The translations under genes and the position numbers were made by a program. From Octopus vulgaris (taxonomy: Eukaryota), in NCBI GenBank assembly GCA_951406725.2, contig OX597825.1:22444001-22508000 (forward strand): a stretch of DNA of 64,000 nt, given 5' to 3'. The first letter of the stretch is position 1; each line of letters opens with the position of its first letter. This document shows, in pieces, positions 53,977-64,000 of the stretch. The notes under the pieces are model-generated. The model did not search any database. It saw only the letters and a program-made list of their open reading frames with translations, and was not told the origin of the DNA.

Positions 53977-54023
<47 letters not shown>

Positions 54024-54499
54024 CTATGTATATGTATGTACGTATGCTCGTATGTATGTGCTTCGCCAATACGCCCGAGAAAGTAGTCGAGACAGACAAG
54101 AGACTTTTGCAGTTAATAATTTCAATGCAGACAATATTTCGTTTTATATACATTTATATAGTGTGAAGTCGTAAAATATCTAGGCTTCGGCTATTGCTGA
54201 GTAAGCAACAAAATTATTCTGTAGTGGCGTTTTCTGTCTATTTTAAGAAACGAGAAAATTTCGTGATTGTTCATATCAAAAAAATATTTTATAATGTTTA
54301 TATGAAAATATCAAACAAGTTACTTCATAACTTCTATATATTCTTAGCTTTCGTTGTCAACTAATCAATACTCTAAAACTTCTTAAAGCGTTGAATCTAT
54401 TAAATATTTCATTACTAAAATCAGTCGTAACAATATTTTGTTGCGAGAATCACCATTAACATTATATATTTTCAAAGATATATTTTTTAAAGATTTATT

Positions 54500-55330
54500 T
54501 CTCAGAGCACTGTCTTGAGGCAACTACTATCCGTAATGGCTCTCTCACACATGAACTCAGCTGCTCAGATTGCCACCCTTATGGCTATACAAAAGTCTCT
54601 CAGAAAATACAGAACCCTGAAGATATTGCCCGCCTGCAGCAAGGGTCGAGGCAATATACATGTGTTCTGAGGACAATAACAGGCAGTTTAATGCAGGCAA
54701 ATTTCAAGCCATGCTCTACCAACACACGAAGCTAAATGAAAACAAACAGGGTACACTGACCCAGGATGGATTGCAGTCCCCGAATCAAAATCAATGCTCA
54801 ACCAGGGCACGTATACCAGTAATGATGCATCTTTCCAGATGCACGCTACTCTGTTGGCGATAAAGTGTAGACGGGAGGTACTGAAAAATTTAAGGCTACT
54901 CCGTAGAACTAAGGTAGGAAAGATATTCAGTAATATACATCTGGGACATCCCAGAAGAAATTGTGCGAAACATTGGCATGGAAAAGTTACCCAAATTGCC
55001 GATTGGGGCGCCACTGCATACTAGCAAAACTTCCGACATTGCTATCATGATACAAAGCCAGATACAGCAACAACTTCGGTTTAAAGGGTCCACAGTGCTT
55101 CAGTATCATCCAAAAAGAAAGCCAAGGTGACCTAAATACGGTAGATATAGGCGTCTTCAAATCCAAAGTTGATATCTATCTTTCAAGAGTTCTGGATGAA
55201 CTTGTCTGGCGGCAAGAAACACAGACGAAGGCAACCATATCACACTCCCTCATTCAAATGCCGCAATTTAGTAAAGGTCTCAAGTAGTGAAATTCTAGCA
55301 ACGATAACGGCGGTCCCCCGGCATGAGTAC
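54500..55330 (+). pseudogene. Degenerate CR1-clade LINE ORF2 (RT C-terminal half)
   Basis: Frameshifted TKVSQKIQNPEDIARLQQ, AIYMCSEDNNRQFNAGKFQAMLY, SNDASFQMH and FKGPQ; typical of the CR1 RT/tether region. Confidence 0.75.
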
Positions 55331-56421
55331 AGCTCTCGAACTGAAGCTAATAAAGTAAATTATTCTAGATGCCAATACGCTTGAATTCTTGCTTGAGGTT
55401 TGCGCATCATTTCTATAATGTGCTCTTTTTGTGCAAATCCATAATTTCCAAGTTATTTGCTTCAGAATGTAACACATTTGTATAAGAAAAATTACAGCGG
55501 TATGATAAAAACCATACAGTTTAAATTGAGTTTCAAAGGTATGTTCGACTAAATGACATTCATTTAATATAGTCAATGCTGCTAATTAATTTGAGAATCA
55601 CATGAACAGTTCGATATTCCATTCCTTCCACCATCAATATAGGTTGGGCTTTGTTTTTTTGTTTTTTTTAACATATTCAAAAGTACCTGGTAATCGTTGT
55701 ATAACAGAAGAGAGTGGGAACAAAATTTCTTTAATTTCCTGACATAAAAAAAACGAATTCTTTCAATTGTTCCAAATGCTATGTAACATTGTTGGAAGCT
55801 TTACACCTGCATGAAATTCTATTTTCAGGAAATATCTTACATACAAATATGATCAATTATCTGTACGGAAAAATTAGGGGAAAAAAATTAATGCCAGTGT
55901 AAGATCTGTGCAACTGGTTACAGGAAATAAAATTGGTTCATTTGATAGTAATTTATCCTTTAAAGATGAATTGAAAGATCTTCATTGAAACGTGAATAAT
56001 ACGAGGAAAATCTAAGCAATTAATTAGATTGAATTAAATATTTCAATTATAAGGAATTACGTTAATGTAATGAAATTGTTATATATTATACTGCACAGAA
56101 GATTTGCTTAATGAAAGAGGAATCTGTATATTCAATTGAATAAAATATATTAATCGGTTATATTTCCCAATATGTCAAAGAGATATGCGAATAGTTGGCT
56201 GGAACACAGGATCTTCAGATTAAATTACTGACAGTAGACAGGTAATCCTTCTAATCTCTAACATGAATCATGCGAGGATGAAATATTCCGTAGTGATTTC
56301 TTGTTAGTCTGCGTTCATTTAGCTTTCGTCGATCCAGGATTTCGAGAAGACATCGCTAACATATCCCGTAAAGTAAAACTTCTATTCAAATATAATGACT
56401 GAAATACCTACATATACATAA

Positions 56422-56469
<48 letters not shown>

Positions 56470-56470
56470 A

Positions 56471-56952
<482 letters not shown>

Positions 56953-57111
56953 CATGTATATACGTATCTGTGTGTGGAGCGCATGTATGTATACATGTGT
57001 AATTGTACGCAACGTATATCTTTTTTATAAGTGCATAGATACAAAACCAAAGTTTTCTGGGAAGCACTAATTTTAATTGAAATACGAAACTCATCAGCAG
57101 AGAGAACCCCG

Positions 57112-57150
<39 letters not shown>

Positions 57151-57524
57151 AGAACTGTTTGTGTGAAAGTATATTCATGCATATATACACGTGTTCTTTG
57201 TCAGCAACAACAGAAATTGACAAGCATTTTATTGTATGAAGTTGAGAACGCCCTTTATATTCCTATATCTTCACATCTATAAGAAGGTGTACTATGCTGA
57301 GTAATTATATATCACATCAGTTTAATGCTTCGAAATTTGCAATTAAGTGTGTCTAATGGACAGTGATTCAATGACAAATATTTGAAACATTTGGAAAGTT
57401 ATACAATCGGCAGGTGTCGGTTAAGTAAGAATGTAGAATGTTTAAAAATGAAATATATATTAATGAAATAGGATACATGTAGCATTTATGTATCTCATTT
57501 GCAGATATCGTTAATTTGATATTT

Positions 57525-57525
57525 A

Positions 57526-57620
<95 letters not shown>

Positions 57621-57624
57621 TAAC

Positions 57625-57660
<36 letters not shown>

Positions 57661-57675
57661 TAGAATAATAATAAC
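57525..57675. repeat. (AAT)n microsatellite, the target array of the adjacent LINE copies
   Basis: Direct inspection. Confidence 0.97.
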
Positions 57676-57677
57676 TA

Positions 57678-57970
57678 GAGGTAACTAGAATGTGGAATCT
57701 GAAAACAGAAACAATTCCTATCATAGTAGGTGCATTAGGCATGATAAAAAAATATTCAGACAAATACATAACAAAAACACCAGGACTTACAAACACATAT
57801 AACATACAGAAAATTGCACTACTGGGCACTGCACACATCCTACGCAGAACACTTTCCATACAATAACCATCAGAGCATCACAACAAATCACAGCACATAC
57901 CCAAGGCACACAGAGCTGTGCTCGGTAGTGAAGTGAAAGCACGCTATAAAAATAAAAATAAAACTACTGA
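57678..57970 (+). mobile_element. 5'-truncated R4/Dong-clade (RLE) LINE 3' end
   Basis: Open frame 57678-57866 EVTRMWNLKTETIPIIVGALGMIKKYSDKYITKTPGLTNTYNIQKIALLGTAHILRRTLSIQ*, with PIVIGALG and QKxxLLGTAxILR motifs. (AAT)n on both sides. Confidence 0.88.
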
Positions 57971-57998
57971 ATAATAATAATAATAATAATAATACTAA

Positions 57999-58224
57999 TT
58001 AGGCATGATAAAAAAATATTCAGACAAATACGTAACAAAAACACCAGGACTTACAAACACATATAACATACAGAAAATTGCACTACTAGGCACTGCACAC
58101 ATCCTACGCAGAACACTTTCCATACAATAACCATCAGAGCATCACAACAAATCACAGCGCATACCCAAGGCACACAGAGCTGTGCTCGGTAGTGAAGTGA
58201 AAGCACGCTATAAAAATAAAACTA

Positions 58225-58228
<4 letters not shown>
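57999..58228 (+). mobile_element. Second, shorter R4/Dong-clade 3' end
   Basis: Nearly identical to 57736-57970 and ends in (AAT)n. Confidence 0.88.
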
Positions 58229-58293
<65 letters not shown>

Positions 58294-58294
<1 letters not shown>

Positions 58295-58840
58295 TGCCCT
58301 GATGCAGTATAAATGCCCTGATGCAGTACCAGGCAGTGGCTCTCATGGCTTCTGATCTTAAGTGATTGGAAGTGTTATCAGGTACATTGTTTTGTCTTGG
58401 TATAAAAGATGGGCTACAGCAAATATTCTGCTCAATACCATAGATTTGCTTGTCAGTTGTTTGACCTTAACACGTTGAGCATGTCCCTTAGTGGCTGACG
58501 TTATGTGCATCTCTGATCACGAACTGAAGTAGTGGGGGAGCATCATAGCCATGTGTTGAGAGGAATTCTTTGGGGTTTGAATACTTCACCTCGGGAGGCA
58601 TAGGTGTTTCGGTCAACATCCTTAAACAACCCTTATTCAGGGACCTTTTGAGCGGGATGGGTTACTCGACCTGAATAAAATTCTAACTGGGCCCCACCTG
58701 CAAGGTCATTCGTCGGTTATCTTGATATGAAATCACTATGTCGCGCGCATATCATACGGGTAGTCATGATGGGTATACTGGGCTTCGTATATTTTACCCC
58801 AGTGTCACTTTGATGGCATCCACTCCTCTCTCACTCAATA
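58294..58840. mobile_element. ~550-bp (AAT)n-flanked element of unknown class
   Basis: Starts with a duplicated atgccctgatgcagta and ends ctctctcactc followed by aat-like repeats. GC-richer than flanks; no ORF recognised. Confidence 0.45.
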
Positions 58841-58999
58841 GCAATAATAATTATCTCTACTAAAGGCAAAAGGCTTGGGATATGGGGGCGGAAGCTAGTT
58901 GGTTATATCGACCTCAGTGCTCATCCAGAACTGCGTAGGCGTGTCAGAATCGCTAGGAAGTGAGAGCTAAGCTTTTCTATATACATGCACGCACACACA

Positions 59000-59042
<43 letters not shown>

Positions 59043-59481
59043 ATTCATAATGTACTGTTCTGTTACAGGTAAGGTTACAAAATGCAAGTACTCCATTCAC
59101 TGAGAGATAAATATCATTCAATGTAAACGGTATTTAAAAGAAGAGCTACCAATAGTTTCATACTATGGAGACACAATAAAATCACCAAATTAATATAACG
59201 TGCCCTCCACCTTAAATGAATCTTTCAGGCTCAGTGAACATGATAAGTCTTATTTGAAAGCCAGATCACTAGTCATTGAGAAAACAACTACCAAAATTCG
59301 TTTACAGTCAAGAATAACAAATATGCGGTCTACAAAAAGTACTGAGTAAATCTTCAGTTTAATGCTAATTTGCTTCTAATATACTTAGACATAGAACTAA
59401 ACAAGGAAGCACACATATTTATACACATTCACACATATGTACAGTTTGTGTGAGCTATACTATGTGTATCTCTCATATTAT

Positions 59482-59560
<79 letters not shown>

Positions 59561-59585
59561 GAGATAGATATATATATATACAGAG

Positions 59586-59646
<61 letters not shown>

Positions 59647-60794
59647 TAGACATAGATATATATATATATATATATACATATACTTTATATATATTTATTA
59701 TGTGTTCTATAGTATATATATATATGTGTGTGTGTGCGTGTGCGCGCGCGCGCGTGTGTGTGTGTGTGTGTGTGCGTGTGTGTATGTGTGTATGTGCTTA
59801 CGTATGTTTGTACAGATTCTCATATCATCAAATCCCAAATAAGCAATAACGAAATAGGAAATGAAAAAGAAATTGTAATAGTTTATGTATAGAATTTCAC
59901 GATAATTTCCTTTATCAGCAGCTAAATAGTATTATCCAAAAATACTGATATTTTCGTTTAAAGTATTTTCAAATACTCAGCAACATAATTTTGGCAATTA
60001 TTTCTCAAAAGGATACATTATCAATACTTTGAAATCTGGAAACGAAGAATTTATTCCCTGTAACAAATATCAAATTAAATTTCATTTTTGCTACTGTTAT
60101 TTCTATCCGTCCAGCAAAGAGATTGAAATTTAACATGGAGAAAAATCTATTATATTCAATTTAGCAGCGTTAAATAATAAAATACAATTTAAACAATAAT
60201 GGATAAATGTATCCTTTTATTTGGAAAGTACTATTCTGTCTGTCGGATTGTATGTCTCACACCCTCTATATTTCGCTTAGTCTTCCTTCCAACATCAACG
60301 TATTTGATATTTTTTATTTTTCGTTGTCCATATTTGATGTGTGTGCATACAAATGACAGCTTAATTGAATAAACCCTCTTGCGTGTTTCTGCTTCGAAAA
60401 CACAAAACCACTAAACTATATATTTGTGTAAATAGCCATATAAAGGAGTGCGGCAGTATACGTGGGTTATTCATAGAGTCATACAAACAAATACTTGCAG
60501 ACTTGCAGATTTAGACGCAAATATATTTTCACAGTCTTAACCACGCACAATTAGTATACGTAAGTATATATTTAAATACACTCAACCATACACAGAGACA
60601 CATAGGCTAGCACACACACACATATAATAACAAGCAATATACGTAGTACACGTTGTACAACACTGTCAGTTTTCAAGCTGAAGAACGTTAACTAGAAGAA
60701 TCACATCATTACAATACTTACATGAAATGTTGTATACATATATATACATGCATATACAAAAAAATGTATGTGACTATGTGTGTAAACATACGTC

Positions 60795-60940
60795 AAGGTA
60801 ACAAGCTTGCTTCTCAACCACATACTACCAGGTTCAGTCACAGTGCGTTGCACCTGAGGCAAGTGTCTTCTACTCCAACCTCCTGCCGTCCAGGGCCTTG
60901 TGGATGGATTTGTTAGATGGGAACTGAAAGAAATTTTTTG

Positions 60941-60945
<5 letters not shown>
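60795..60945 (+). mobile_element. Family K SINE head fragment (another at ~10925-11035)
   Basis: aagcttgcttctcaaccacat..ggttcagtc..ggcaagtgtcttctact..ggaactgaaagaa. Confidence 0.7.
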
Positions 60946-60991
<46 letters not shown>

Positions 60992-61137
60992 TATATTTAC
61001 GGAGATGTACTTGCATAGCAAGTGATTTGATCTGAGATCGTGTGCTGAAACGAAAACAATTGCAGCGTGGAAGGTGTTTGTAAGCCATTTAAGAAACACA
61101 CAAAAGCCGTTCAATTCACTTTAACGTTTAAGTTTAA

Positions 61138-61188
61138 TTTGTCAAAATATTTTCGTCGCTTTAAGACCGCGACCTGTTCACTGACAAA
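61138..61188 (-). ncRNA. Type I hammerhead motif with G3:C8 compensatory core, inside a ~210-bp (TA)n-flanked insert (60990-61203)
   Basis: Minus strand: tttgtca-GTGAACA-g-gtcgc ggtcttaaa gcgac-GAAA-atat-TT-tgacaaa. Perfect 7-bp stem I, 5-bp stem II and palindromic stem III aatatt. Confidence 0.65.
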
Positions 61189-61214
61189 AATCCGTGCTGC
61201 ATCATATATATATA

Positions 61215-61270
<56 letters not shown>

Positions 61271-61809
61271 CGTGCGTGTGTGTTGAGGTAAATGAGGTGT
61301 AGCGCTTTCATCTCATTCCTTTCGAAGACACATCAGATATGATTCTTACAGGAAATATTTTGTATGTTGCCTTTTATATCAACGTGGAAGAGAATGTTCT
61401 TTCTGTTATCTATACGCATGCGTTCTATTCAAGCGTTCATAAGTGTGCGTATCTTTGTGTGCACACGTATGCATCTGTGAGCATGTGCATGTGTGGCTAA
61501 CTTCTGGAATACTCGGACATAGGACGAAAAAAGGAAAAAATGGCAGACAAGAAGACGAACAAGAAAGAAACCAAGTAAGAAAAATGGAGTCGAAAGAAAT
61601 AGGGAGAGAGAGAGGAAGGAGGAGAGAGAGAGAGAGTATGTCTCTTTTTCCTGAGATGGTTTTCATTGTATTGTTATTGTCAGTAATTTCACGGTTGCTT
61701 GAAGATAATGATGTTTCAAGGAGTCAATGTTGCTTTTGGTCTTTTGAAAGAGAGAGCCTTTATTAGCACACATATATGTACATATATATACATACACACA
61801 CACACACAT

Positions 61810-61847
<38 letters not shown>

Positions 61848-62124
61848 GTATGTATATTCTCGGCAATTTCCGTTGCTCGATAGTTCGGCTCTATCCGGAC
61901 TCGCTTCGTATATATACGTGTATGTGTTTTTGTATAGGCTTGTTGCAACATGATTTTCTTAGGTTTGTACTAATCAAACAGAAGAACTGTCAGAATACGT
62001 CACATGAGACCCGACTTAATTGAAACGAGATAACTTTATGCAAAATTTCCTGCAACGAACGATGACATTGTTTTTGAGAAAGTCGCTTAGTTACAGGCTG
62101 CACTTTCCAGGAGTTGGCGTAGCC

Positions 62125-62172
<48 letters not shown>

Positions 62173-62240
62173 TTCTCTCTCTCTCTCTCGTTTGTTGTTC
62201 TACTCTTCGTGCTTCTTAAAGTCAACCGTGAAAGATTCAG

Positions 62241-62291
62241 AGAAATAGCCATAGAAGACATAGAACAGACATGTCTTCTATGGCTATTTCT
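62241..62291. repeat. Perfect 21-bp hairpin with 9-nt loop
   Basis: agaaatagccatagaagacat-agaacagac-atgtcttctatggctatttct. Confidence 0.9.
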
Positions 62292-62349
62292 AAAATTTGA
62301 AAAGTACTGAAGAAGCTTTCTATAATTAATTATTCTGCTCATGGGCTTT

Positions 62350-62545
62350 GGGAATGTGTGTGCCACTCACGATCGGAAAATCGCTGTTTCGATTCCCAGA
62401 CCGGGGTGTGCGTTGTGTTCTTAATCAAAGCATTTCCTTTCATGTGGTTCTAGTTTACTCAGCTGTAAAGGAATAAAGCTGCAATGATTTAGCATCCCGT
62501 GCACTGACTATGTGACCTCTGCTACTTACGCCCCAAAGAATCCAA
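62350..62545 (+). mobile_element. Degenerate CORE-type SINE
   Basis: gtttcgattcccagaccggg..gcgttgtgttctt..tttactcagctgtaaa..gctgcaatga..gcatcccgt. Confidence 0.6.
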
Positions 62546-62925
62546 ATTCACAACCGAGTCCTAGAACATGAGATACTGACGTCCACGGCTTGAATATGAA
62601 GAAGATTAGAACAGCATTCGATAATAGAACCACAAGCGTTTCAACTAAGATTTTCTCAGGTAAATATTGGAAGCACAGTTTAATGGATCATTGCAATCAT
62701 GATGCCAGAGCATGGAAATATATATTTGGACGTGATTTGTCCCTCCGCGTGCGATAAAGTACCAACGACCAGCTGGGTACGACTGATTTTCCCCCTTCTA
62801 TTTAATGACAATTCTTATGCCCAAATTAGAAGCGATTATTCTTTGACAGAAAGAAATAAGATGGCTCTTTGTTGGAGGAGCTCTATCTCTCTCTATCTCT
62901 CCCTCTTACACAAAAAGAACATTTA

Positions 62926-62960
<35 letters not shown>

Positions 62961-63404
62961 CTATATTTGTATGTATGAATGTATACACATAAATATATTC
63001 ATACATACATTTACATACATACATTATTCAGAGTGTGTGCATGAGTAGGCATCGCAGAGATAATATCGTAGTTCGTTAAATATTTCGATTTCTCAAAGAA
63101 GGAAAACAAATGAATCGTAAACCGAAAATAATATGGTTAATGAAGTAAATGCTATTTTCTATCACTGTCAATAACGTTTCGCTAATTTCTCAAGTGAAAC
63201 TATTTGCCAATCTTATAAAATCATTTGATTTTATGGCTGCTTTAATGGCCGAATTTATAAGGTGTTCAATGAATATGTTTTATTCTTAACTGAAATAGTA
63301 CAATGAGTTTCTGAAATTATACCAATTCGAATAGAGGAAATTGAAAATACGGCGTAGTTTCTCCACATACATATATTAATCTCTCTTCCCTCTGCCTCTC
63401 TTTC

Positions 63405-63648
<244 letters not shown>

Positions 63649-64000
63649 TAATTGTGTATGTATACATCCACAAGCGCATATCTGTATTGTTTCTTTATTT
63701 ATTTAAGTTTTGATAACGCATCGTTTTATTCCCGAAAAATAGCCTCATAGGCTTTTTGTTAAATTTTACTTCTTGCAGTTAAATACAGTGTACTTTGTTT
63801 ATCGTTTTTGATGCATCATTTCCCATTATCTTTATTTCCATTTTGGTTTCCATTCCACAAACTTGCCAAAAAGCTAACGAAACTATTCAAAGAAATGAAA
63901 TGGGTCTCCGATATATCCTTATGGATAAATGAATTAACTGCAAAAGTGTAATAACAATATAACCGAAACAGCCGGTAGTAACTACACAGAATGTAACAAC

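Noticed and set aside
57050-57105. Minus-strand CTGATGA (also at 16132-16138) as a hammerhead
   Set aside because: Could not form convincing stems I-III around a GAAA/UH site
57368-57859. 163-aa minus-strand ORF
   Set aside because: Antisense of the R4/Dong C-terminus plus (ATT)n

Overview
AT-rich, microsatellite-saturated animal genomic DNA. It is most likely octopus/coleoid cephalopod, inferred from SINE families recognised from memory and not from a database search. No intact protein-coding gene is visible, and nearly all listed ORFs are translations of (TA)n, (CA)n, (GA)n, (ACAT)n or (GAT)n repeats, or are antisense to repeats. The window is largely transposon-derived. It holds several tRNA-derived SINE families (some with target-site duplications, TSDs), Tc1/mariner, pogo-like and 8-bp-TSD MITEs, three non-autonomous Helitrons, and fossils of a hAT transposase and of L1/Tx1, CR1 and APE-type LINEs. 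It also holds two near-identical 3' ends of an R4/Dong-clade LINE inserted in (AAT)n. The most notable signal is a dispersed set of minimal type I hammerhead-ribozyme motifs with palindromic stem III, typical of Penelope-like elements. Several lie in long inverted repeats next to (TA)n tracts, and they include cores with C3:G8, G3:C8 and U3:A8 pairs. Also notable are a SINE whose ~184-bp body is tandemly repeated behind a single head at several loci, SINEs that swap core and tail modules, and two candidate small + strand exons near 36.2-36.5 kb. All alignments and folds were done by eye.
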